Below the pieces are notes generated by a model. That model was not told the origin of the DNA. It saw only the letters and a program-made list of their open reading frames with translations, and searched no databases. 24,000 nt of DNA from NCBI RefSeq assembly GCF_027923555.1, contig NZ_AP025523.1:1716484-1740483 (forward strand), written 5' to 3'. Within the stretch, counting starts at the first letter, position 1; every line of letters begins with the position of its first letter. The position numbers were made by a program, and so were the translations under genes. Below are positions 7,411-14,913 of the stretch, piece after piece. The stretch is from Vulcanimicrobium alpinum. GTDB taxonomy: Bacteria; Vulcanimicrobiota; Vulcanimicrobiia; Vulcanimicrobiales; Vulcanimicrobiaceae.

Positions 7411-8728
7411 CAGGCCCGTGAAAAAATCGGCGCGTGGTTCGCGAACTGCCCGTTCAGCACGGTTTTCGGGAGGTCGGCGGACCTCTCGAAGCCCGTTGCC
7501 GAGCGGTTCATCTCGAAAACGCCCCCTCGGGTCAGCATCACTTCGCATCATGTCGCGGCCCTCAGATTGCGTATCCTGATCAAGTTGTACGCCGCGGCCG
7601 TCCAGCGCACAATGTCGCCGACCAGATCAAGCCCGCGGAAATGCACCTTGCGCAATCGGCCGATCGTCTTGCCCCACCCGAAGCTCTCCTCGATCAACCT
7701 GCGCCTGCGTTGACTCACCGTGTAGCCCGGATGGCGGATGGTTCGGCGGTCGATCGCGCTGCGGCGACGGGTCGTATTTTGAGCAACGTGCGGCGTCACG
7801 TTGAGCGCTCGCAACGCCTCGACAAAGTCTTTGGTATCGTACGCCTTGTCGGCACCGAGCGTGATTCGGTTGCTTCCGCTGACCCCGCGAATCAATTCCA
7901 GCGCTGCTTCGCGTTCGGCGATCCCGGTCGCGCGAGTGGTCTTCACGCCGACTATCAAGCCGTTGCGATTCTCCATCAGAGCATGTCCGAGATAGCCGAG
8001 AATCGCCGGCGCGCCGCTGCTCTTGCGGTACAACCGCGCGTCCGGATCGGTACTCGAGACGTGCGTCTCGTTGCTGCGCGGCCGGCCACGAAAGTTCACG
8101 CCCTCGTTGCGACCGCCGCTCGAGGTCGGCGGTTCGTCGTCCGACTTGGGCCGAAAGCTCTTGTGGCTGGCCCACGCCTCGATTAGCGTCCCATCGACGG
8201 TGAAATGCTCGTTCGAGAGCAGTTCGTCGGCACGCGCCCGCTCGACCACGGCGGCGAAGAACCGCTCGGAGATTTCGCCATTCAAGAACCGATCGCGGTT
8301 CTTGCTGAACGTCGAGGGGTCCCAGATCTTGTCGTCCATGCTCAAGCCCACGAACCAACGAAAGAGCAAATTGTAACGCAACTGCTCCAGCAGCATCGGC
8401 TCGCTGCGGATCGAGTAGAACATTTGCAACAGCAAGGCTCGCAGCAGCTTCTCCGGCGCGATCGATGGCCGGCCCCGTCGGGAGTAGAGCTTGGAGAACT
8501 CCGGCGAGAGTTCGCGCAGAATTTCGTTGACCATCGCGCGCATCGGGCGCAACGGATGATCGGCGGGCACGGTGTCTTCCGGCTGCAACGTCGTCCAAAC
8601 GGATGCACGCTGCTCATCATGAGTCCGCATCGGCCTCAACCTCACCAAGGTATGAGGAGACTTGCTCTTATAATACGCGAAAAACGCCGTCACGCCAACA
8701 TCAACTCGGCCGATTTTTCATCAGCCTG
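7411..8728 (-). mobile_element. IS5-family insertion sequence (1318 bp) with imperfect terminal inverted repeats
   Basis: The termini are CAGGCCCGTGAAAAAATCGGC (7411-) and, reverse-complemented from 8728, CAGGCTGATGAAAAATCGGCC. It contains a single DDE transposase ORF, is flanked by a CTAG direct repeat, and looks locally lower in GC than its flanks. Confidence 0.85.
7548..8630 (-). CDS. IS5-family DDE transposase (InsH-type N-terminal domain plus DDE_Tnp_1 catalytic domain)
   Basis: RGRPSIAPEKLLRALLLQMFYSIRSEPMLLEQLRYNLLFRWFVGL matches the IS5 transposase N-terminal domain. The catalytic-domain sequences DGTLIEA, GADKAYD and RRRLIEESFGWGK are typical of IS4/IS5-type transposases. I prefer the ATG at 8630 (MRTHDEQ..., GGTGAGG upstream) over the track's GTG at 8693. 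Confidence 0.88.
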   Translation of the reverse strand: MRTHDEQRASVWTTLQPEDTVPADHPLRPMRAMVNEILRELSPEFSKLYSRRGRPSIAPEKLLRALLLQMFYSIRSEPMLLEQLRYNLLFRWFVGLSMDDKIWDPSTFSKNRDRFLNGEISERFFAAVVERARADELLSNEHFTVDGTLIEAWASHKSFRPKSDDEPPTSSGGRNEGVNFRGRPRSNETHVSSTDPDARLYRKSSGAPAILGYLGHALMENRNGLIVGVKTTRATGIAEREAALELIRGVSGSNRITLGADKAYDTKDFVEALRALNVTPHVAQNTTRRRSAIDRRTIRHPGYTVSQRRRRLIEESFGWGKTIGRLRKVHFRGLDLVGDIVRWTAAAYNLIRIRNLRAAT

Positions 8729-9861
8729 CTAGACGGAGCGGTCATTTCGTGCGCGCCGTGGCAGCCGTGCTGCATCGGGTGCGCGCGATCGAGCAGCCAG
8801 AGGTAGACCGCGAGCGCGCCGAACGCCAGGTTGAGCCAGAACGTGTAGTTGAACGCGAACATCGTGAGATCGTGCCGGATGTTCGGATTGGGCTTGGGGA
8901 CGAGATGCAGCGCCGAGAACGCGCCGTCCATCACGATCGCGGAGAACGCCATCGTCGTAAAGAAGATCGCGAAGATGTACAGCGCCATGCGCAGGCCGTA
9001 ATAGCGCCGGTACACGTCGAGCAGCGGGAGCACGATCAGGTCGGCGTAGAGAAATGCGAGCACGCCTCCGAACGAGATCCCGCTCGTCCACAGCACTGCG
9101 GCAAGGGGGACGTTGCCGATCGAGCAGACGAACGAGAGGATCGCGATGACCGGTCCGATGATCGCATTTCCGACGGTCTGCACCGCCGGCGGCGCGCCGT
9201 GCAGAAAGAGCCGCGTCCACGCGCCGTCGGGGACGAACGCCGCCAGCGCGCCGGCGATGAGGAACCCGCCCAGCAGATCCTTCCACAGCATCGAGACGTC
9301 CATGCTGAAGTTCTGCGCGATCGCGATCCGCGTCTCCGGACTGCGCAGCCGCTCCGCAAGCGACGCACCTTCGCCTTCCATCGAACCGTGATCGTGGCCG
9401 GTCGCTTCGTCGACGTGACGGCGCGCCTCGTCGACCAGCGCCTTCGGATAGGTGAGCTTCACCAGCACGGTCATCACGGCGATCAAGATAAGGCCGCCGA
9501 TCCACTCCGCCGCGGTGAACTGCCAGCCCATCAGCAGCCACAGCACGATCCCGAGTTCGATCACCAAGTTCGTCGAGGAGAACAGGAATGCCAGGCTCGG
9601 AACGAGCGCCGCGCCTTTCTTGAAGAGGGTCTTGCTCATCGCGGCGGCCGCATACGAACACGACGAGCTCGCCGCGCCGAACCCCGTCGCGATCGCGATC
9701 TCCCGCACGCCGGCGCGGCCGAGCAGGTTTTGCATCCGCTGCTTCGAGACCAGCGCCTGCACCGCGCCTGAGAACGCAAAGCCCAGGACGAGGCTCCAGC
9801 CGACCTGCCACGCCATTCCGAGCGCCAGCAGCAGCGCTTCGCCCAGCTTCGCGACGAGCAT
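8701..9861 (-). CDS. Polytopic membrane permease of the PF03773 / COG0701 (ArsP/YraQ-like 'predicted permease') type, with His-rich loop and tail; its last 9 codons and stop come from the IS
   Basis: 386 aa with many hydrophobic segments. Paired intramembrane Cys motifs (GAASSSCSYAAAAM and SFVCSIGNVPLAAVLW) are characteristic of this permease family as I recall it. The cytoplasmic loop reads DEATGHDHGSMEGEG and the tail reads HPMQHGCHGAHE. The ATG overlaps the csoR-like stop by 1 nt (TGATG). The 3' end (8701-8728) lies inside the IS5 terminal repeat. Confidence 0.7.
   Translation of the reverse strand: MLVAKLGEALLLALGMAWQVGWSLVLGFAFSGAVQALVSKQRMQNLLGRAGVREIAIATGFGAASSSCSYAAAAMSKTLFKKGAALVPSLAFLFSSTNLVIELGIVLWLLMGWQFTAAEWIGGLILIAVMTVLVKLTYPKALVDEARRHVDEATGHDHGSMEGEGASLAERLRSPETRIAIAQNFSMDVSMLWKDLLGGFLIAGALAAFVPDGAWTRLFLHGAPPAVQTVGNAIIGPVIAILSFVCSIGNVPLAAVLWTSGISFGGVLAFLYADLIVLPLLDVYRRYYGLRMALYIFAIFFTTMAFSAIVMDGAFSALHLVPKPNPNIRHDLTMFAFNYTFWLNLAFGALAVYLWLLDRAHPMQHGCHGAHEMTAPSSRLMKNRPS
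8729..8732. repeat. Target-site duplication CTAG, right copy, of the IS5-family insertion
   Basis: Identical to 7407-7410 and directly abutting the IS terminus at 8728. Confidence 0.75.
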
Positions 9862-10169
9862 CAGACGAGGTCTTTCTGGAAGTTCAGCGTCTCCATCAGT
9901 TCAGCGACGGCGTCGCGTCCTTCGCCCGCCCGGACCTGCTCGACGAAGCAGGTCGCGACGTGGTTCTCCAGCATGATGCGCGCGACGCGGTCCAGGCTCG
10001 CGCGCGCGGCGGAGATCTGCTTGACGACCTGCATGCAGTAGACGTTGTCGTCGACCATCCGGTAGATCCCGTCGGTGACGCCGCGGATCGTCTTGAGCCG
10101 GTTGAGTACGTCGGCTTTGCGCTGCGGATCGAGGCTGCTGGTTTTGGGACGGGAAGCTTTGCGGGGCAT
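9861..10169 (-). CDS. csoR: CsoR/RcnR-family (DUF156) metal-sensing transcriptional repressor with an x-C-H-C (CsoR-type) ligand signature
   Basis: I trimmed the track ORF to the ATG at 10169 (MPRKASRPKTSSLDPQRKADVLNRLKTIRGVTDGIYRMVDDNVYCMQVVKQISAARASLDRVARIMLENHVATCFVEQV...). Cys45, His70 and Cys74 have the same +25/+29 spacing as Cys36/His61/Cys65 of M. tuberculosis CsoR. There is no N-terminal His, which RcnR/InrS types have. Confidence 0.8.
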   Translation of the reverse strand: MPRKASRPKTSSLDPQRKADVLNRLKTIRGVTDGIYRMVDDNVYCMQVVKQISAARASLDRVARIMLENHVATCFVEQVRAGEGRDAVAELMETLNFQKDLV

Positions 10170-10179
10170 CGTACCCCGC

Positions 10180-10226
10180 ACATTACCACACCCCCACCCC
10201 CGGTGTCTACCACACCGGGGGTGGGG
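10180..10226 (-). promoter_or_regulatory. Candidate csoR-family operator (perfect 15-bp inverted repeat of G/C tracts) overlapping a candidate extended -10 promoter
   Basis: CCCCACCCCCGGTGT (10192-10206), the spacer CTACC, and ACACCGGGGGTGGGG (10212-10226) form perfect reverse complements. On the minus strand, TAGACA (10209-10204, 5/6 to TTGACA) is followed by an 18-nt spacer and then TGgTAATGT (-10 at 10185-10180). The -10 ends 10 nt before the ATG. No T-tract follows the palindrome, so it is not a typical intrinsic terminator. Confidence 0.5.
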
Positions 10227-10237
10227 TAGCGTCCGTT

Positions 10238-10871
10238 CTAGCCGAGCTTCCCGGTATAGCCTTCCATGAGGCCCCATGCGGTGTCGCCGAACTCTTTCTT
10301 CCAGCGCGCGTAGTAGTCGGCGAGCTTTGCCTTCATCGCGGCGCGATCGGCGGCGGCGACCTCGTTCACGGTCATCCCTTGGCTCTTGAGCTTCACGACG
10401 AGAGAGTCATTGAGCTTTTGAATGTCGGAGCGCTGACGCTCGGCGACCTTGACGGCGTTACGCGAGACGACGTCTTGCAAGTTCGTCGGGATTGCCTTCC
10501 ACCAGTCGCCGTTGGCGAGCAGCCAGTACCCGCCCCACATGTGGGAGCTCAGGCTGAGGTACTTCTGCACTTCGAAGAAGCGCGCGAACTCGATGTTCGC
10601 GAGCGGGTTTTCCTGACCATCGACGACGTGCGTCTGCAGCGACGTATAGAGCTCGCTGAAGTTCATCGCGACGGGCGCGGCGCCGAGCGACTTGAAGAGG
10701 TCCAGGGCGAAGCGGCTGTTCGGCGTGCGGATCTTCATCCCGGAGAGGTCGGCGAGATTGTGCACGGGTTTCCCGCCGGAGGTGATCTGGCGCATCCCGT
10801 TCTCCCAGATCTTTTCGAATGGGTGGATGTCTTTCTTCGAGATCTCGTCGCGGACGTAGGCGCCCCCCCCG
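10238..10871 (-). pseudogene. dctP: TRAP-transporter solute-binding protein (DctP family), C-terminal fragment, cut off by the IS3-family insertion
   Basis: Translation reads ...GGGAYVRDEISKKDIHPFEKIWENGMRQITSGGKPVHNLADLSGMKIRTPNSRFALDLFKSLGAAPVAMNFSELYTSLQTHVVDGQENPLANI...WGGYWLLAN..., typical of DctP. The reading frame runs straight into the IS terminus at 10872 with no start codon of its own, apart from an internal Met. Confidence 0.8.
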
Positions 10872-11013
10872 TGTCAAGATAGAGTGGTACCGGTAGCATA
10901 GGGAGTTTTTTGTACAACGTTCGTCGCAGCAGCAGAGCTGTGGATAACGGGGATACTGTGGAAAACATCCGGAACGATGCAAAGCACGCGGGGGCGAGAA
11001 AGTCCTGCAACAG

Positions 11014-11433
11014 ATGCAGTCCTCGAACGGAACCGTTTCAACGGAAATCAAGGCAACCAGTTCACCCCAAAAACCTCAGCGACGTCGGTTCTCCGCCGCC
11101 GAGAAGCTGCGCATCGTGCGCGAGGCTGATGCGCGTCCAGCCGGCACGATCGGAGCGTTTCTCCGGCGCGAAGGTATTTACTCATCGCAGCTCTATGCCT
11201 GGCGAAGGCAGCGCGATCAAGGCGACCTCGATCCAGGTGCGGTGCGCCAACGTGCAAAAGCCAAAATGCAAGCCGACGAGGTTGCGCAGCGGCTCAAAGA
11301 ACTCGAGCGGGAAAACCGGAAACTCCGTCGCCAGTTGGCGCGCGCCGAGCTCATAAACGATATCCAAAAAAAATTTGCGGGGCTCCTGGGCGTCGATCTG
11401 GAGAGCCCCGAGACGAACGAGAACGCAGAATGA
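11014..11433 (+). CDS. IS3-family transposase OrfA (HTH DNA-binding plus coiled-coil)
   Basis: RRRFSAAEKLRIVREADARPAGTIGAFLRREGIYSSQLYAWRRQ is a typical IS3 OrfA helix-turn-helix. It is followed by a leucine-zipper-like region, LKELERENRKLRRQLARAEL. Confidence 0.85.
   Translation: MQSSNGTVSTEIKATSSPQKPQRRRFSAAEKLRIVREADARPAGTIGAFLRREGIYSSQLYAWRRQRDQGDLDPGAVRQRAKAKMQADEVAQRLKELERENRKLRRQLARAELINDIQKKFAGLLGVDLESPETNENAE
11367..11373 (+). other. Programmed -1 ribosomal frameshift slippery heptamer A_AAA_AAA for the OrfAB fusion transposase
   Basis: An A8 run lies at 11366-11373. In the orfA frame the codons are caa aaa aaa ttt, so A-AAA-AAA is in X-XXY-YYZ phase. I translated the -1 frame from 11373 (ICGAPGRRSGEPRDERERRMSAAL...) and found no stop before the orfB ATG at 11430. 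Confidence 0.65.
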
Positions 11434-12434
11434 GTGCGGCGCTGGAACTTGCCCACGAGATTCCGCAGCGCGCGTTGTGCACTGCAGCGGGCATCAGCCG
11501 CTCGACGCTGCGGCGCCGCCTAAACGGCACGCCGGAACGACTTCCGTCCGTGATCTCGCGCCGGCGCTCGAGAAGAGCACTGAGCGAACACGAGCAAGCT
11601 GAGGTGCTCGCGGTGCTGCATGGCGAGCGGTTTGCCGATCGCGCGCCGGCGACGATCCACGCGACCTTGCTGGACGAAGGTATCTACCTGTGCTCGGTGA
11701 GCACGATGTACCGCCTGCTGCGAGCAAACGCGGAGGTGCGCGAACGTCGCCGTATTGCACGTCATCCGGAGTACCGTAAGCCCGAACTGGTGGCCACCGG
11801 TCCGCGTCAAGTTTTCTCGTGGGATATCACGAAGCTGCGCGGCCCGCACCCGGGTGAGTGGTTCTCGCTGCTGGTGATGCTCGACATCTTCAGCCGGTTT
11901 GTCGTCGGCTGGATGCTCGTGCATCGGGCCAACGCCGAACTCGCACGGCACTTCATCGCGCAGACGCTGGAACGTGAAGGCATCCAGCCCGGGCACGCGA
12001 TCGTTCACGCCGATCGCGGCGCGGAGATGACGGCGCAACCCGTGTGCGCCCTGATGGACAAGCTCGGCGTCGTACGTTCGCACAGCCGTCCGCACGTTAG
12101 CGACGATAACCCCTTCTCGGAGTCCCAGTTCCGCACGCTGAAGTACCATCCCGAATTCCCCGATCGATTTGGGTCGTTTGAGCACGGGCACGATTTCGTT
12201 GGTGAGTTCATGACCTGGTACAACAACGAGCACCGGCACTCCGGAATCGCGATGCTGACGCCGGCAATGGTGCATCACGGCCAGGCGGACCGCGTGCTCG
12301 CCGCCAGACACGACGTGATGCTCGCGGCTTACCGCGCCAAACCGGAACGATTCATCGGCGGATCGCCAAAGCGGATCGTGTTACCGCCCGCGGTGTGGAT
12401 AAATCCGCCCGCTCACGACGGGGTCGCCGTGTAG
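11430..12434 (+). CDS. IS3-family transposase OrfB (rve integrase-core, DDE)
   Basis: The DDE candidates lie in SWDITKL, VHADRGAEM and SRPHVSDDNPFSESQFRTLKY. The WYNNEHRHSGI motif is typical of IS3 OrfB. The ATG overlaps the orfA stop (ATGA), and the frame is -1 relative to orfA. Confidence 0.9.
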   Translation: MSAALELAHEIPQRALCTAAGISRSTLRRRLNGTPERLPSVISRRRSRRALSEHEQAEVLAVLHGERFADRAPATIHATLLDEGIYLCSVSTMYRLLRANAEVRERRRIARHPEYRKPELVATGPRQVFSWDITKLRGPHPGEWFSLLVMLDIFSRFVVGWMLVHRANAELARHFIAQTLEREGIQPGHAIVHADRGAEMTAQPVCALMDKLGVVRSHSRPHVSDDNPFSESQFRTLKYHPEFPDRFGSFEHGHDFVGEFMTWYNNEHRHSGIAMLTPAMVHHGQADRVLAARHDVMLAAYRAKPERFIGGSPKRIVLPPAVWINPPAHDGVAV

Positions 12435-12479
12435 GCGCTCACAAAAAGCAGATGACTAACAGGACCAAACACCTTGACA

Positions 12480-12878
12480 GATTCCGCCCAGCTTCCCGTC
12501 GAACGCGGCGTGCGCGATTTTCGGTTCGGCGAAGGCGAACCCGACGCTCTGAATCGCGGCGATCGGGACGACCGACTCCAGGATGCCGCCGTCGAGCGTC
12601 ATGATCTGCAGCGCGCCCGCGCGCAGCTGCTGGAGCATCTGGCTGTCGCCCCCGAGCTGATTCGGAAAGACCTGGACGTCGACTTTGCCGCCGGTCTCCT
12701 TGCGCACCGCGTCCCACAGGTCTTTCATCGCGACGCTCAGCGGATGATCGACCGGCTGATTCGTCCCGGCCTTTCCGCTGAAATCGGCGGCCTTGGCCGG
12801 CGAACGGACGATCCCGACGGAGGCGAACGCCGCCGCCGACGAGGCGAGAAAGACACCGCGTGATGACTTGCCGATCAT
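12480..12878 (-). pseudogene. dctP: TRAP-transporter solute-binding protein (DctP family), N-terminal fragment with signal peptide
   Basis: MIGKSSRGVFLASSAAAFASVGIVRSPAKA is signal-like. It is followed by GTNQPVDHPLSVAMKDLWDAVRKETGGKVDVQVFPNQLGGDSQMLQQLRAGALQIMTLDG...FAFAEPKIAHAAFDGKLGG, typical of DctP. After 12480 the frame reads IS-derived ICQGVWSC-stop. The N fragment (133 codons) plus the C fragment (~210 codons) is about full DctP length. Confidence 0.8.
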
Positions 12879-12946
12879 GCTGCCGTCTCCGTGAAAAGAT
12901 GAAGTTTGAGCCAGGAGTAGCGTGGCGCTGCGAAGATTTCCTCCGG

Positions 12947-14146
12947 ATGAGCGCGCAGCCGCCGCTCCACGGCGTTCGCGTCGTCGAGGTGGGCAACTTT
13001 ATGGCCGTCCCGTTCTGCGGAATGCAGCTCGCCGATCTCGGCGCCGACGTCGTCAAGGTCGAAAACCCGCGCGGCGGCGACCTCATGCGCGGGACGGGGC
13101 CGTTTCTCGACGGCGAGAGTTCGAACTTCGTGCGGCTGAATCGCAACAAGCGCAGCGTCGCGCTCGACCTGAAAGCCGACGCCGGCAAAACGATCTTCCG
13201 CCGTCTCGCCGACCGCGCCGACGTCGTGATCGAGAATCTGCGGCCGGGGACGATGGACTCGCTGGGCTTGGGCTATGCGTCGCTCTCGGCGGAACGGCCC
13301 GCGCTGATCTACCTCGCCGCGACAGGGTTCGGCCAGGAGGGTCCGTACGCGCAGATGGCGGGCCTCGACATCATCGCGCAGGGGATGTCGGGGCTGATGA
13401 GCATCACCGGCGAGCCCGATGCGCCGCCGGTCAAGGTCGGCGTTCCGATCGCGGACCTCACCTGCGCCCTCTACGCGACGATCGCCGTGCTGGCGGCGCT
13501 GCGTGCACGCGATCGCGACGGACGCGGTCAGTTCATCGACGTCTCGCTGCTCGAGTCGGCGGTCTCGTTCGCGGTCTGGGAGGCCGGGCGCTATTTCGCA
13601 ACCGGGACGGTCGCGTCGCCGACGGGCTCGGCGCATCAGGCAATCGCACCGTACCAAGCGGTGCGCGCGTCCGACGGCTGGTTCACCTTCGGTGCGAACT
13701 CGCAGGCGCACTGGCTCCGCTGCTGTGCGCTCTTCGGGCTCGAAGGGCTCGACGCCGACGAACGCTTTCACACGAACGAAGCACGCCTCGCGCATCGCGC
13801 GGAGCTGATCGCGGCGATCGAAGCGGTCACCACGACGCGCCCGGTCGAACACTGGACGCGCGTGCTGAGCAACGCCGGCATCCCGAGCGGTCCGATCCGG
13901 CGCTTCGATCGCGTCTTCAACGATCCGCACCTCGCGCAGCGCGGCTTCTTCACGGACGTCCCGCACGAGACGCTCGGGCTCGTGCGGCAAATCGGTTCGC
14001 CGATGCGGATGAGCGCAACGCCGGTGCGCATCGAACGTGCCGGCCCGCGGCTCGGCGTCGATACCGCCGCGGTGCTGCGGGAGCTTGGCGTCTCCGATGA
14101 CGACGCGGCCGCGCTGGCGCACAGCGGCGTCGCGGTGCCGGCGTGA
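12947..14146 (+). CDS. Family III CoA-transferase (CaiB/BaiF/Frc type)
   Basis: LHGVRVVEVGNFMAVPFCGMQLADLGADVVKVENPRGGD...NRNKRSVALDLK...DVVIENLRPGTMD...IYLAATGFGQEGPYAQMAGLDIIAQGMSGLMSITG matches the family III CoA-transferase N-terminal signature. I prefer the ATG at 12947 (MSAQPP...) to the track start at 12860. Confidence 0.85.
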   Translation: MSAQPPLHGVRVVEVGNFMAVPFCGMQLADLGADVVKVENPRGGDLMRGTGPFLDGESSNFVRLNRNKRSVALDLKADAGKTIFRRLADRADVVIENLRPGTMDSLGLGYASLSAERPALIYLAATGFGQEGPYAQMAGLDIIAQGMSGLMSITGEPDAPPVKVGVPIADLTCALYATIAVLAALRARDRDGRGQFIDVSLLESAVSFAVWEAGRYFATGTVASPTGSAHQAIAPYQAVRASDGWFTFGANSQAHWLRCCALFGLEGLDADERFHTNEARLAHRAELIAAIEAVTTTRPVEHWTRVLSNAGIPSGPIRRFDRVFNDPHLAQRGFFTDVPHETLGLVRQIGSPMRMSATPVRIERAGPRLGVDTAAVLRELGVSDDDAAALAHSGVAVPA

Positions 14147-14913
14147 TCCGGCTCGAACGCCGAACCTCGGCCATCGCGTGGGCGATCGTCGACCGACCGC
14201 AGGCGCGCAACGCGATGACGTTCGCGATGTGGGACGAGCTGCACGCGATCGCGCGCAGACTGCGCAACGACCGCGAACTGCGCGTGCTGGTGATCGCGGG
14301 CGCGGGCGGGAAGGCGTTCGTTTCAGGGACCGACATTGCTGGATTTCGCGGTTTCACCGCCGAGGACGGCGTCGCGTACGAAGCGCGGATGGACGCCGTC
14401 ATCGGTGCGGTGGAAGCGCTCGACGTTCCCGTGGTCGCCGCGGTGGCCGGCGCGTGCACGGGCGGCGGGGTCGCGCTCGCGGCGGCCTGCGACGTGCGCA
14501 TCGGCGCGAGCTCCGCGCGCGTCGGCGTCCCGATCGCGCGCACGCTCGGGAACGTGCTTTCGCTGGCCAACATCATGCGCGTCTCGGGCGTCGTCGGCAG
14601 CGACGCGGTGAAGGCGATGCTGGTCACCGCGGAGCTGCTCGATGCGGAGTCGGCGCTGCGGACCGGGTTCTTTCACGAACTCGTCGACGACGCGCAGCTC
14701 GACGCGCGGGCGGCGGAACGCGCCGAGACGATCGCGGCGCTCGCGCCGCTGACGTTGCGGCTGACGAAAGCGGGGATGCGCCGGCTGCGCGCCGCCGTAC
14801 CGATCCCCGACGACGGCGACCTGATCCGCGCCGCCTACGGCAGCGCGGATTTCGCCGAGGGCGTCGACGCCTTCATCGCTAAACGCGCGCCCCGCTGGAC
14901 CGGCTCAGGGTGA
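14143..14913 (+). CDS. Enoyl-CoA hydratase/isomerase (crotonase superfamily)
   Basis: DRPQARNAMTFAMWDELHAIARRL...RVLVIAGAGGKAFVSGTDI...PVVAAVAGACTGGGVALAAACDVRI...DFAEGVDAFIAKRAPRW are crotonase-fold motifs. The GTG start overlaps the CoA-transferase stop (GTGA). Confidence 0.88.
   Translation: MIRLERRTSAIAWAIVDRPQARNAMTFAMWDELHAIARRLRNDRELRVLVIAGAGGKAFVSGTDIAGFRGFTAEDGVAYEARMDAVIGAVEALDVPVVAAVAGACTGGGVALAAACDVRIGASSARVGVPIARTLGNVLSLANIMRVSGVVGSDAVKAMLVTAELLDAESALRTGFFHELVDDAQLDARAAERAETIAALAPLTLRLTKAGMRRLRAAVPIPDDGDLIRAAYGSADFAEGVDAFIAKRAPRWTGSG

Larger units (their letters stand above)
10872..12479 (+). mobile_element. IS3-family insertion sequence (1608 bp; TG...CA termini; orfA/orfB with a -1 frameshift)
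   Basis: The termini are TGTCAAGATAGAGTGGTACC (10872-) and, reverse-complemented from 12479, TGTCAAGGTGTTTGGTCCTG. It has two overlapping ORFs in the 0/-1 frame relationship, is lower in GC than the flanks, and interrupts dctP. Confidence 0.85.

Noticed and set aside
10192-10226. The 15-bp perfect palindrome read as a rho-independent terminator of the dctP gene.
   Set aside because: No U-tract follows the stem on the minus strand (the next bases are GGTGTGGTAATG). It overlaps -35/-10-like hexamers directly upstream of a CsoR-family gene. Its G/C-tract architecture matches that family's operators. A dual role cannot be excluded.
7411-12479. The two IS elements and the csoR-permease unit between them read as a composite transposon.
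   Set aside because: The elements belong to different families (IS5 versus IS3) and have unrelated terminal repeats. Each shows its own independent insertion signature: a CTAG duplication for one, and in-gene disruption of dctP for the other.
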